Assembly: GCA_002633005.1 (NCBI GenBank)
Contig: NMRA01000078.1
Span: forward strand, 814,820-878,819
Direction of reading: 5' to 3'
DNA: 64,000 nt
Source of the DNA: Phoronis australis
Taxonomy: Eukaryota > Animalia > Phoronida
In this document: in pieces, positions 50,701 to 63,177 of the stretch
How positions within the stretch are numbered: the stretch's first letter is position 1
Layout of the letters: each line of letters begins with the position of its first letter
Made by a program: the position numbers and the translations under genes
The notes under the pieces: generated by a model
What the model saw: only the letters and a program-made list of their open reading frames with translations
The model's database searches: none
Told to the model about the DNA's origin: nothing

Positions 50701-53700
50701 AATTTCAACTGTCCACAGTCAGATTTGGACAAAATAGGTAAACTTGATTTTGCTACAAAATTCCAAGTTAGTCAAAAAATTTTAAAATTTGGATATGTCA
50801 ACAAGATCTTCGATGTATGGAGGGAAAATAATCCTGGTATAAGAAAGTACACATGGCGTGACAAACAAATAACACGTCAAAGTAGAATCGCAGAACGTTC
50901 TTGACAAAACAGGTTGCCATTATTAACGACTTCGTATTCTCTGACCACTCTGCTGTAGTATTGACTATTGAAATTTCCAAATATGAAAAATGTGGTCTGG
51001 GATTATGGAAATGTTATCTTGATGACCCTGGTTACCAAAAAATAATTACTGATTGTGTTGCCACATGCAGAAGAATGTACGCCAACTTCGAAAATAAAAA
51101 TCTTGTGTGGGATTTGACCAAAATGGAAATCAGAAAACCGTCTATTGATTACGCTAAAACAAAATGTACGAAAAGAAAAGAACATTTCCATCTTATTGTT
51201 AAAAAAATATGCTGAGACGTATCAAGTCGAAAATAACACGGCTGACGAAGAAGCTAAAATAGCCTTGAACAAGGCAAAAACAGAACTTTAAGTAATACAA
51301 ATTGTGTCTATTAATTTTTAATTTAAAAGCTCGATTATAAGGAGCAAAGTTCACTGGGCAGAGGAAGGGGAAAATTCTCAATATTTTAGAAACCTCGAAG
51401 TGAGGAATTGTGTACAAAAACAAATTCGTTCATTAAAAGATGGTCGCCAAAGTGTAACTACTCCTACTGGAGTAAGAGACTTACAAACCCGGAATTATAA
51501 AAATCCGTATTCCAAAGAAGAAAATAATTATGGATCCCTCCCAACAATATTTACACTCCCAAAAAATAAACAACTTTCTGAAGAAGAGTCTCTGGAACTT
51601 GATCAAGATTTCACAGAACAAGAAATTTTCGAGGCTCTCCAAGGAACAAAATCTAACAAAACACCGGGTAACGACGGAATTTCATACGAGTAGTCGAAAT
51701 CGTCGGAAAATCATCGTCAACCGTCCTCTACATAGTAAGCATATACATGCCAATTTTGGTTGATAGAGGGGTGGACGCACAAAAACAGACTCGAAAACAC
51801 TGAAAATGGCCACTAGGTGACGCAAACTATGTCGAATCAATTTGAAAACGGGAGGATAGCGTCATCTCACTAATAGGTGCCTACATAACAAATTTCATGA
51901 AAATCCGTTCAGGACTTTTGAAGATACAAAGGTAAACGTAAAAAACTAAAATTGCCACTAGGGGGCACACCGGTAGTCGGATCCGTCCGAAAGTTCGCTC
52001 ATGCCGTCCCATTCATGAATGGAACATATGTGCCAAATTTCATGAACCTATGTCAAAGGGTTTTGGAGATAAAGCAGCGGACGCCGGACGGACGCCGCTC
52101 GGACGGACGGACGGAGATGACGGCATAATGCGTCCACATATAAATATGTGGGCGCATAAAAAAAGGAAGTGGAGAACATTGAATTTAACATACCAGATTT
52201 CTCATCAGCTCCAGTGTCAACAAGCTTTGTTGGAGATGATATTGTTGTTCTAGCAGATGATGGCACATCATTGCAAGGATGCATTTGAGGTGTCTGTTCA
52301 TAAAGAACTGGAAAAAATTCATGTTAAATTAGAAAATTTTAAACAGTTTTGGACACTGAGACAACTACAATCACTTCACAATGAGGAGCTGAGTCCAGGT
52401 AAAAATTGACCGTCAGATGAGGCGAAGGAGAATGATTGCCCCATGGTTGGAGTTTGCTGCTGTGATGAATTCAACCCACCTGCTTCGGCGTGCTTGGTCA
52501 CCTAACGTAATCTTTTATGATAACTCATTGTGTCACAAACAAGATACCTAAACTGCACAGTTAACAGGGACGCATGAACACAACTCCCGTACCTGCAAAC
52601 ACCATTCACTGACTCACAAACACAGGAACGGACTCACAAACGACGATCCATTCACCCAAATACACGAGACACGGACTCACATTCACGAAGAAACACCGTT
52701 AACGGACTGCCAAACAAGGTTTACGGACAAAATGTAAACATCAGCTGACCCAGGAAGCCAATGAGTCAGTGAACCGTGTTTGGTGGTCCGTTAACTGTGT
52801 TTCTTCATGTATTTGGGTGAATGGATCGTGTTTTGTGAGTCCGTTCTCGTGTTTGTGAGTCAGTGAACAGTGTTTGCAGATACGTGAGTCGTGTTCATGC
52901 GTCCGTGACCGTGTTTATGAGTCCGTTAACTGTGTAGTTTAGGTACCTTGATAAAACAACATGTGCCTCTTGACTGTTGGCAGACCAGCCAGATGTCTCT
53001 CTATTGTGTTGGCAGGGAATGGTGTAATTGAAACTTTCCTTTCAATTCACAAATTTAATTGGGTTTTGGGTTGAATTTTCACCTGTACTTGGTTGGTCAT
53101 GACAATGATTAAACAATGCTTCTGATATAAATAAGAGAAAAGCTACAAACTGTTCTTGACTGTGCTTACGTGACTGAAAACCAAATGATCATATTTCATA
53201 CACTCCTTTATTCATAATTTGGTCTTACAGTCCACACTATTCAATCCCTGTGATCATCGATCTAAAAGTCGGAGAATCACGCATTTCCTTAGCACTGGGC
53301 GCTAAATCTTCAATCTTTAAAAGTCAGGGATGGGAGTTTAACCAAGAGGTGGGAGCTTAACTGGAAATCTTAAAAAATCGCAGAGGGGCGCTTAACAGAG
53401 CAGTGGGTGCATAAATCGAAAATTCACCTAAAGTTGAGGATGGGTGGTTAAGTGAACATGAGCGTTAACCCGAATATTTACGGTATCTTTGTCCCAAATT
53501 GAAGAATTTTTACTGTTAGAAAAGACCAAAGAGTTAGCGAAATCCTTTGTTCACTAATTGTGTAACAATGAAAACGGCCAATAGAGGGTGCTTACCATGA
53601 TGATCAGCTGAATGAGAACTTGAAGCAGCTGCAAAAAACAAAAAACAAACGTGAGTTCTATCGGAACATTACTACCTTTGGCCGACTATTTCATGGCACC

Positions 53701-56700
53701 CAGTCAAATGCGACAAAAACACAACAGGGATAAGACTCCCAAATCAATGACAGTCTTCCAAAATCCACATCCTGAACTCAAACTAGAGATCATTTTTGGC
53801 TTTTATATTCTACTTATGTATGAGCTCAAGATGCCTGAGTATAAGTCTATGTTCGAGTACTTAATGGGCTATATGTGAATACAGGCCTAACTAATAACAT
53901 TTTTCAAATGATGATCCCAGCATTAAGGCTAAAAGTTTGAGTCTGAACACAAAATTTCAAATTTTCCTCAAGTTTGCTCCTCAAATCTAGGGGTCATCAA
54001 ATGCAAACTAGGACAAAAAAACTCCAAGGTACAAACCGTAATACACTCAAGCAAAGAACAATAGACCCATATCTTGAGTTGGCACATAAGTAGACCTAGC
54101 AAAATTAATCCAAAAAATTATTTCGTGTTCAATTAGATCCTGGGCCCAGAAGACGACAGTAATTTACCGCCTGGGCCATTGAACATGATGAACAAGAATT
54201 TGTGTAACTCAACATCGCAAAATAGTTATGTTCTCGTCTGATGACCCAAACCAATACTGTAATAATTTCGATGTTGCGCAGTAGTCAGTGGGTTCAAAAC
54301 TGACCGGTTCCCATGAAAATTGCGTCATCCTCAGTAGAAAGAGTGAAGCCGGCATCTTCGCAATGTGAGGAATGTGTAACAGTAAGTTTCCAACAGTTAT
54401 GTGATTTGTAATTTTTGGAATTTTGCAACTAACCTTGGCTAAGCTTTTAATGAAGACGCTTTTAAAAACTGAGGACAGAAATTTGCTCTTTTGGTGCCAC
54501 TTCACAACAGCTGAATAAAGCTTTAGACAAGAGATTATGAGCAAGTCACAGCTTAGAAATCATTTATGCAAATTATTTTAGTATATATAAACAAGAACAA
54601 CGCGGAACATTGAAATGCGCCCATGAATGTATCGCAAATGCTGTGCTTTCAGGGTTATTTATTTGTATCATAAAAATAACCACTAGATGGCGCAAAAACA
54701 TACAATCCATCCAAAAATGGGAACGTGCCATATTTCATAAAAATCTGTTAAGGAACTTCAGAGAAACAAAGGAAAACAGAACAAAATGAAATTGCCACTT
54801 GTGGGCACAGCGTCCGTTCCATCCGCCTGAAAGTCATCGTTTGTTATCTTCATATAAATTCACTTACTAAATTTAATAAAGATTCTGCAGTGCGTTTTGG
54901 AGATACAGCTATGGGCGCAAAACAAAACAAAACTTCCACTAGGATGCGCCACAGTAGTCGATCTCGTCGGAAATTGTCGTCAGCCGTCCACTTCAGAGTA
55001 AAAACATACATGCAAACTTTTACAATTGTCCTGAAAGCGGTTTGGTTGATAGACGAGTGGACGCCAAAAAACAGACTCGAAAACAGTAAAAAATGGCCAC
55101 TAGGTGGTGCAAACTAAGTTGAATCCATCTGAAAACCGAGAGATAGCGTCACCTCATTAACAGATGCCTGCATGCCAAATTTTATACAAATACGTTGAGG
55201 ACCTTTGAACATTCAGAGGTAAATGTAAAAAAACAAAATTGCCACTAGGTGGCACACCAGTAGTAAGAAAAGTCTGAAAGCCCTCGTCCTCCGTTGATAA
55301 CATCATATAAATACCCTTACTAAATTTAGTAAAGATCCTGCGAACGGTTTCGGGGATACAGCAACATATGCAAAAAAAAAAACTGCCACTAGGTGGCACC
55401 ACAGTAGTCGAAGTCGTCGAAAAATCATCGTCAGCCGTCCACTAGGTGATGCAAACTATGTCAAATCCATCTGAAAATGGGATGATAGCGTCATCTCACT
55501 AATAGGTGCCTATATAACAAATTTTATGAAAATCTGTTCAGGACTTTTGAAGATACAGACTGAGGTAAACATAAAAAACTAAAATTGCCACTAGGGGGCA
55601 CACCAGAAGTCAGGTCCGTCTGAAAGTTTGCTCATGCCATCCCATCCACGGAAGGAACATAATATGTGCAAAATTTCACGAACATACGTCAAAGCGCTTT
55701 GGAAATAGAGCAGCAGACGCCGGACGGAGATGACGGCATAATGCATCCACATATAAATAAGTCGGCGCATAAAAATTGCAGGCAGTCTCGTACACCTTGC
55801 ACCTGACGTGCGCAGGCCGCACACGTGGGCTAATTGCACTGATCACTATTAATATACACTTGAAACACAGCTGAGGAGCTACAAACCTGAATCAAGGGTC
55901 TAGCAGTGTGGCCCAGTGAGACTCGAACCCACGACCTCGAGTAAAGAAAGCGAGTGCCTATCACACTAGGCCAGACTACCTCCTCAATTATCTCAGTCGC
56001 TCCCAGTAAAGACAATATTCTCAGAGACTGTGTTCCTCTCATTCGCAACATGATCTCGCACAGACACACTGCTATGTCTCCACACTTTCCCATTGATCAT
56101 AAAAAGTTATAGAAATTATATCAGTAACTACCAGTTACTTGTATATTCTCAGAGACTGAGCATTTTCCTCAAGAGAGATTTGAATATTTTCAGAAATAGT
56201 TATGTGGCGCATAAGACCAAATTTCTGACTCTAGTCTTAAATCGCTTTGAAGAAACAGAGCCAGGGCGGCTGATAAAGTGTCATTAACTACTAACGGATG
56301 AGCTCCTCCAGATATGCCACAACATGTAACAGACTGACATCCTGGTGCTTCAGGACACTAATCAGCTGATCCACAATGATGTTTCGTGTACCCCAGTCTT
56401 TCAACACTTCCTTTGTCGGACTCCCTCCTCTCTGCTGGACAGCCCTAGCAAACGAACTGTAACAAATGTACACTAAAAGTGAAATTCACACTTTACTACG
56501 TGATACACGCATTTTACTAAGTGATACGTACACGTTTCTAAGTTTTATTGACACAGTTTTAAAATGACACCAAAGCCAGTTTTGGCAAATTAACACAAAT
56601 TAAAAACAACATTCCCTTCCAATTCCCTGAAACAATATAATGCTCTATAACTCTCGACAATAATTTGAAAACACCTTTTGAAGTTTTTATTTTTCAGATT

Positions 56701-56993
56701 GGTGCCAAAAGTTGATAGCACAGTACTATTTGACATGCAAAATGGCAATCAAGTGAAGGTTTTTTCAAATTTCGCAACAAAAATAAATATTAAAGAAAAC
56801 AGTCTTTGGGAAGTTTGTACCTGATTTGTTCTGGACTGTAGAGCAGCCCCGGACGACCCAAAGTGTTTGGAATGTGAGCTGCAAATCTCTTCCAATCATC
56901 GTTCTGGTCAATGAATAAGCATATTCGACTGATTACGCTGGGCTTCAGCTTACGGATACGAGTGGAGTACGAGATTCCCTCACCTTCGTTCAT
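38793..56993 (-). CDS. IRAK4: IRAK4-like (death domain + RD Ser/Thr kinase), ~450-465 aa; exons 56993-56821, 56456-56296, 53628-53596, (53121-53083 tentative), 52307-52194, 49142-49041, 48071-47975, 47111-46997, 46420-46305, 45181-44998, 41483-41421, 40658-40509, 38840-38793
   Basis: Death domain (IRKLKPSV..DQNDDWKRFA..SPTKEVLKDWGTRN). Kinase motifs IGRGGFSTVYLG, LAVKRL, FKTELNVL, HKNLL, CIVYPYMVNGSLEDRLAC (Tyr gatekeeper typical of IRAKs), HRDIKSANVLLD (RD type as in IRAK4 rather than GD Pelle/IRAK1), DFGLAR, GTAAYMAPE and DAFSFGVVLLELVTGL. Intron phases are consistent. Linker exons are less certain. Confidence 0.9.
40886..41186. mobile_element. TA-flanked Tc1/mariner-type MITE
   Basis: tacggtaaaaattctcaaatttggga ... 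tcccaaactggagaatatttactgta (about 26-bp imperfect TIR including TA). Confidence 0.75.
44078..44362 (-). pseudogene. THAP zinc-finger relic of a DNA transposon in an IRAK4 intron
   Basis: Frame 44362-44078 reads WCIVPACPN..GISFSRLPRDPEMLWKWL..LRVCGRHFVDSDF, the C2CH THAP signature. There is no start codon (in-frame TGA just upstream) and the AVPTIF box is missing. Confidence 0.8.
46088..46357. repeat. 138-bp tandem duplication spanning an IRAK4 exon 3' end and splice donor, with internal 11-bp atgaccccaca repeats
   Basis: 46088-46219 matches 46226-46357. The donor motif actcac occurs at 46161 and 46299. Confidence 0.9.
47365..47495. repeat. ~71-bp tandem duplication
   Basis: gagtgttgtaaatgtgttgagcgccccct(a/c)gtggaaagcagtg(c/t)ttggtactc occurs twice. 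Confidence 0.85.
49841..50091 (+). mobile_element. Penelope-like element terminal-repeat relic containing a minimal hammerhead ribozyme motif
   Basis: Flanked by the direct repeat gattgtct(t/a)aatta (49827-49840, 50092-50105). Inverted 23-bp end segment (49837-49859 vs 50050-50072). Core CTGATGA-T-GTCT-loop-AGAC-GAAAC-GTT at 49992-50022. A second partial copy is inverted at 59222-59314. Confidence 0.65.
50455..51693 (+). mobile_element. Decayed L1/Tx1-clade LINE ORF2 fragment (APE endonuclease to start of RT)
   Basis: Frameshifted ORFs with GTAILL, DGRY, LLNVYFPN, AGNFN, DVWRENNP..YTW, SDHSAV, GLWK, WDLTKMEIR and NKTPGNDG. Confidence 0.88.
51690..52163 (+). mobile_element. Partial Helentron/DINE-1-type non-autonomous element (same family as 54589-55775)
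   Basis: Colinear with 55405-55775. It ends in a (GGAC)n microsatellite and the hairpin atgcgtccacata-taaa-tatgtgggcgcat followed by an A run. Confidence 0.7.
52540..52950. mobile_element. Foldback element with ~190-bp imperfect inverted arms built of short subrepeats
   Basis: caagatacctaaactgcacagttaac vs gttaactgtgtagtttaggtaccttg; gatccattcacccaaatac vs gtatttgggtgaatggatc; repeated ggactcacaaac. Confidence 0.85.
54589..55775 (+). mobile_element. Helentron/DINE-1-type non-autonomous element with internal tandem core repeats (distant relative at ~8120-8640)
   Basis: Starts aacaaga and has 5' atgcgcc complementary to 3' ggcgcat. Internal ~140-200-bp repeats are anchored by aaaattgccactagg, and the end is a GGAC run, degenerate hairpin and A run. 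Confidence 0.65.
55868..55980 (-). mobile_element. tRNA-derived SINE head
   Basis: The minus strand has A box tggcctagtgtg and B box ggttcgagtct, and shares its body with 31245-31345. Confidence 0.7.
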
Positions 56994-59900
56994 TACTCAG
57001 CATTCCTGTTTGTAAACCATAACAACAACATTACGTAACTATGTGATAGTAGAGGTCTTATATTGGTTTAGGACAATTTTGAGTGAGGTAGGGTTACTTG
57101 CAAGTGACAAATACCAAGTGTAGTGAAATCTCACCATCTTAGGGCCAAGTGTTTCCTTGTCATTGGTCTTAATATAGTCCTTCCTAAAACATACATTTTC
57201 TTTTGCTTGCGAGTCTTGCAGAAAAGTGGTCTACACAGAACAGGTTGCATATTATATAAAAGGTTACCAAACCAGGTTTGACCAATTAACAGAATCTGAT
57301 GCTAAAAACAACTTTGCAATCTAGTTCGCTGAAACAAAACAATGCTTTGAAACCCTTGGCAACCTTCAAAGTTTGGAGGAAAATTTGAAAACTCCTTTTG
57401 AAGTCTGCCAAATGTGTAAGCATGACCTACGCTTTTAGCAAATTTCATAGCAACTATGGGAAAAGACAATTCACCAAGGACAAACATTGTCCATTGTCTA
57501 ATCTGTGACATTGGTAGTATTAGTCTTAAGTTGATTCCTGACATGAGTTGGTAGATTGACCTCAATGATGCCTTAGCAGGTGACAGAACAAGGATTGGTG
57601 GAAATCATCAAAACAGGATTTGGTATTTAAAATAAATAACTTTAGAAATTATCATAATTGCTGATGTCACATGTGTCGTCAAGATGAGCCTAAAGGAATT
57701 GCTGATGGAAATAACTGTTTAAGACTGGCAAGAGTTAAATTGATGCCCACACTGAATCTCATTCAAAGGGCTTTGCTATTCAAATATACAGGGATTAATA
57801 AAATAGTCCATCTTCTCAGCCAGTGCCACAAACACTTTGTGAACCTGCGGTTACTTACACATGCCAACTGGGACAGTTGTAGGATTAATACCAAGGTTCA
57901 CAAAGAACTATTTTCACTGACATTGCACAAGGCTTATTGTGTGTGAATGACACCAATGATTTACAACCTGTGGACATTGCCAGCCACTATACAGACTAGC
58001 TACCTCCTCCAAGCCCAAAAGGTGTCACTATAAACAAAGCGTCACTCAAACATGCCATTCTAGGAATCTTAATTAAAACCTCTAAAACCCAATCAGTTGG
58101 TAAGCTACTTTTTGATAAAAACTTCTTAAAAATGACCACAAAAATTATCCACAAAAGACCTGATTCACTGGTACTACACTAACAAAACGCATTTACTATC
58201 ATGGTAAAAATTCTCACTTTCCAAACTAGAGAATTTTTAACGTAACTAAAACTGGTTATTCACAGGGCATTGAATGGCTTCCAAAAACGTGCTCGTTGAA
58301 GTCAGTGGATTTCAAATCCTGGTGGGGGGTGCATTCAAATCCATTAGTGTTGCAGCCCCTTCAGCCAGGAGCCTTCTAAATGCGCAAGAAAAAGCAATGA
58401 ACAAAGTGCTGCATTTTATCTTTTTGCTTTGTATGTTTATGACCCGAAAAGCATATATACCATCTCAAAGCAGTATATGCATATAAGTTGCTATGCTCCA
58501 ATTTGTTTATTAAACTCAATGGTCTATTAGGCAATTCAGCCCAGTTTAGTAATAGCCAGTCTGGTCACAGATTTATTGCTCTTCTCACAATAAGCCTTGA
58601 ATTCGGGTATGCCATTGCAACTTTGGCGAATGTAGGTCGATTTTAAGGATCAAAACACCATATTGTTGATGATTTAATTTTGTTATACTTCTTTTTTCGT
58701 CGAAATCTTGAGTTTAAAATATAACAATAAATAAAATGTTTTCTGCATGTACATACCACACCATGCCATTGCCTCTACATGATCAGCGTTACACAATAAC
58801 TTATGCATTCACATGTCTCGTCCACCAAACACATCGCTAACAGCAGTTCCCATTACATAAACCCCAACCTGAGGACAACTGAGCTCAAAGCCTAGGCAAA
58901 TTGCCATTACAAACTGGTTTCGAATCCAGACAGCAGCAGTTTCTCAATCAAGGCTAATCCAGATATCAATCGAGTAAATTGAGTTCTGTTCTTGTGCTCT
59001 TATTCTTATGTCTGCCATCATGACTCCCTCGCCAATTATCTCCCATGGTTCAAAGAGTTATTGAAACCACTCATCAATGAGTACCTAATATCTCGATTTT
59101 GGCCAATTTCTATGGTTCATATTTCTTCGGTTAAAAATCAGCGTAACTTTTTACGAACAATGCCAATTCAGAAGCCACACAGCTTTAAAGTAGTACATAG
59201 CATATCAATTTATTTTAATTAAATCAGTTTTTGGCCACAGTAAGATTAAAAACCGGACGATCGCCACACAAATAAAAAAGTTCATGTTAAATCAACGTTT
59301 CATCTATTCATTAGTATTGGCCATGAAGCGACACCTGTATCCCTTACTCCACGCAATACAATGTTAGATAACATTCCCTGATAAATAGGCTTCTTGGTGA
59401 CCACAGTAGGGACTGTACAAATCTATTGACAAAGTACAGGATGCTGTAAAATGGACAGTCTATCTCTCTCTCTAACAACAAACTTTAACCTTTTCTGTCC
59501 CTAAAGTGCACGCTTTTTCACAGTTGTGAGAACAGCAAAAATTGTGAAAGATCCCAAAGTGAGCAGTCTCTGCTCTGATATCCAACAACATTGTGTAGAG
59601 TGCTAAGAAGACAAGGATGACATCATCCATGAACACCAGCATTTGGCATTGGTCTAGAATTGTAGTGGTGTTACGGGTGTGACGTACAGTCATATAAAGC
59701 CTCTCTCAACTTTCTTGTGAAGTGGAAATTGCATCTTGCCCAAATGGAAGCTCAACCCTCATGCCAGTGGCTAGTGTTTAATAACCACCGTCGGTATGTG
59801 TATTTTTCTGTGCACAAGGGAGATTTCCAGGATTGTAAATCACAAACATATCACATTAATTTCAGTTGACTTTTGACCAGTATACTCGGGAACCCAATGG

Positions 59901-60528
59901 TCGTCCGCCTAAGCATAAAACCGACTTGCTGTTGTACTCACCGAATTATTCCACTTCAAAGTTATGATCTGAATAGGATTCGATTTAACTCTCACAGATA
60001 TACCGCATTCATCGATTCGGAAGTTTTCTTTAATTTGTGCCGAGTTATTTCAAATGTGCACTGCCTTCGGCAGCCATTTTATTGTGACACCTAAGGTCGT
60101 CATATGCTGCCCCCTTTTGTAAAAACTGAGAAACATGCAGAAAAAGGCCAACGAAGTAATGAAAATTGCAACAGCCTGTTTTTATTGACATAAACTCGAT
60201 TTGAAGCTTTGATGTTGAGCTCTGCACTGTGGTTTCCAATAAAAGCCAATTGGACATCATTTCAATGCAGTTTAATGGTGAATGCGTGAGGCAAAAATGT
60301 TAAGAACCCAGCGTATCGCATTTGTCTGCGGATTTTTCCTTTGGCCTTCTAGATCCTACTAGTGCCTGGGACAAACAGATACATTGCATAAACAAACCCT
60401 GGATCATGTTTTGTGTCCCGTAGGAAGAAAATTTAAATTCGAAAACATCTTCTGAAAACGCACAAAAAATTGTATTAGTAAAATCTACTGATTTTTAAGT
60501 GGTTTTAAAAAACAATCGGTAAACTCAC

Positions 60529-60700
60529 CGATTTTTGTCTCATTACTTTGATACGTGTCTCTTCCGATAAGTTAGTACCTAACGTGCACACGAGCACTCC
60601 AAACTGGAACGCTAAGTCCCGCGTGGTTGCGCTGCACGCGAAACAAGATGGCAGACGACCTTTGGAGCCTGACGACAATAGGTAACCGGACTATATAAAG
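60529..60700 (-). promoter_or_regulatory. Probable IRAK4 first (5'UTR) exon and promoter (upstream boundary approximate)
   Basis: Consensus donor TCG|gtgagttt at 60529/60528, a CpG-rich patch at 60585-60690 and a YY1-like caagatggc at ~60644. Confidence 0.55.
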
Positions 60701-60932
60701 CACTAGTCTCTGGTTCAGGGTGTCACTGGTTCAATTCTCGACTGAACAAAAAAAACATATTTCGATGACTTTAACAACACACATATGTCATTGCGGGCTG
60801 GGCTATACAAGCCCCATAGGGGTAATAAAACAATCATCTTTTCAGCCAGGACCATAAACCCTTTGTTACACAGTGTGACTGGGACAGGTGTATGACTAAG
60901 AGCAGGATTCACAAACCGCAAACATGGCACTT

Positions 60933-62182
60933 AATACAGTGGTATTCTTTCTGACTACTCAACCGTTATCACCGGCATACCTCAGGGCTACATTCTGGTC
61001 CCTCAGTTATTCACTTTTTTGTTAACAATCTCCCTACTGTACTTGACAATAGTGTTCCAGTTTTGTATGCTGATGACACTGCAGTTATGTCCACAGCTGG
61101 ATCAGTAAAAGAACATGAAACTTCTCTCAACAATGAGCTAGCCCTTATCCATGACTGGCTGGTTCAAAATCAACCCACTCTTAACATTAGTAAAACCAAG
61201 TCCATGCTGTTGGGAACCCACCAGAAATTAAAACAACAGGAACTGTCCCTTTATATCGACGATTTCCCTATCAAGACTACTGACTTTGGCCTTATTTTAG
61301 ATCCCAACCCAAAAATTTCGTATGCACAAAGATCACACCACAAAGAAATTAACAAAGAAAATTTGTGTACTTAAACGTCTAGGTAAATTTCTTAATGTCA
61401 GCACTCATAAGACACTTTACCATTCTATTACTCAGCCTCATATTGGTTGTTTACCGGATTGGGGACATACCAGCAACACACTTGTTAGCAAAGTCCAAGT
61501 AATCCAAAATAGAACTGCTAGAGCTATCCTAGGTACTAGAACTAGGAATAGCTGGTAGACGACTTGTACTCCAAGCTTGGATTTATGAATTTCAAAGTAA
61601 AACAAAGAAGCAAATACCTCTCTGCCTGTTCCATGTACAGGTGTGTCAATGGCTCGGCTCCAGCATATCTCAGCCACAACTTCAGAAGCAGTCAAGCTAA
61701 AAATCTACACATTCTTCCGTTGCTGGTAATGTTTCTTTGAAAAAAACTAAAACTGAGACTGGCAAGAGATTTTTTATTTATGCTGCTGCTGCAATATGAA
61801 ACTGTCTTAGCCCAGAAATTAAACGATTCGATTCAAACTTCATATTAAAAAGTGGCTATAATTTACTTAACCATTTTTACACCCTACCCCTCTTTATTAT
61901 GTCATTTTTCATTATTGTAAATACTCTCACTATTTAGTAATTATTTATTTCATATCTCCTAGTTAAATTTTCATCATCCTTCGCCATTTATTTACTATCT
62001 AAATCCTCAACCTGTTTTAATTGTATCTTTGTTACATGTATTTAATTATTGTTTTACTACTTTATTGTATTATATTACTGTTTTATATTTTATTGTCGAA
62101 AGCCCTCTTGGAAAGCAGTGCTGTCACTGAAGAGGACACCCTCATTTTAAATATTACAATAAATACATGAATAAATAAATAA
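60933..62182 (+). mobile_element. 5'-truncated, decayed CR1/L2-like LINE (RT C-terminus + 3'UTR)
   Basis: GIPQGYIL..LF, YADDT, LNISKTKSML and VQVIQNRTARAILG occur in broken frames, followed by an AT-rich 3'UTR and an (aaat)n tail. Confidence 0.88.
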
Positions 62183-63177
62183 TTCAGATCAGCTGATTTG
62201 ATGGTCTATCCAATAGTTCTATTAACTGATGAAATGCAATTACCATGTTTTATTACCCTCACCTGAAGACCAGTTCAGTGTCCAGCCTAAACTCCCTGAA
62301 GCCCCTAAGTTCGTTTTATAATCAAAATAGCATTATGAGTATAGATGGACACCATTGGAGGAGGCTTGAGTCTTTAAAGAGGAAATTGCAGGCTAATTAC
62401 TTATTGCTGTGATTGCTTGGATTAATTAGTTAGAAACGACACTGTGAATCGGAAGAAGCTTCAAAGTTACCAAATGTTTTTAAGAATGGGTGGCGAAAAT
62501 GATACGCCTCAAATCACTGGACCATGTCCAGTAAGTATCGTGACGTGGTGCTGGGGAATAACACTGCATGATGTGGGCTATGTGCACCCTCAAGGTACGT
62601 CATAACTGTAAGATCACCTATTTGCAGATTTTTTGTTTTAACATTTACTAATTGTCAATGAATATAACTGCACTCTCTTTAGCAAATATTATATTAAAAT
62701 GGCAGTTGTTTGGTTCCTGCTATACATTAGCATAGTTAGGATCATGCAAATACATCTTTAAATGAGCTGGAGTCCTTGAAAGACTAACTCTAGTAACATG
62801 GTTCAATTAGTCTTTTGTTCCGTCAACGAAATTGAAGACTGAACACCATACAGTCAATGTGATCGAGGTCAAACGGAAAAGTACAAAGTGTTACACGGAG
62901 TTTACCCACCAGGAGGCAGCATAGTTGGGGACCTGTCTAACAGTATTTGCCAGAGGGACACTAAACCTATGACCTGAAGCTCAAGAATCCAGTACCTTAA
63001 CATCTTGGTCTTACACACAGGTCAAGTGCATAAACACTGATACAGTACACTCGGTGACTATAGTTTATCAGAAGTCTCGCAATAGATTCTCCTCCACACT
63101 GTTAATGGGCTAGCTCCCTCTGTTGTGCAACTGATTGTTGACAATCATTGTGTTCATTTATAAAGAATACCACTGTT

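Noticed and set aside
56997-56999. Selenocysteine reading of the in-frame TGA upstream of the IRAK4 ATG
   Set aside because: No SECIS was recognised in the 3' region and IRAKs are not known selenoproteins. A uORF stop is the simpler explanation.
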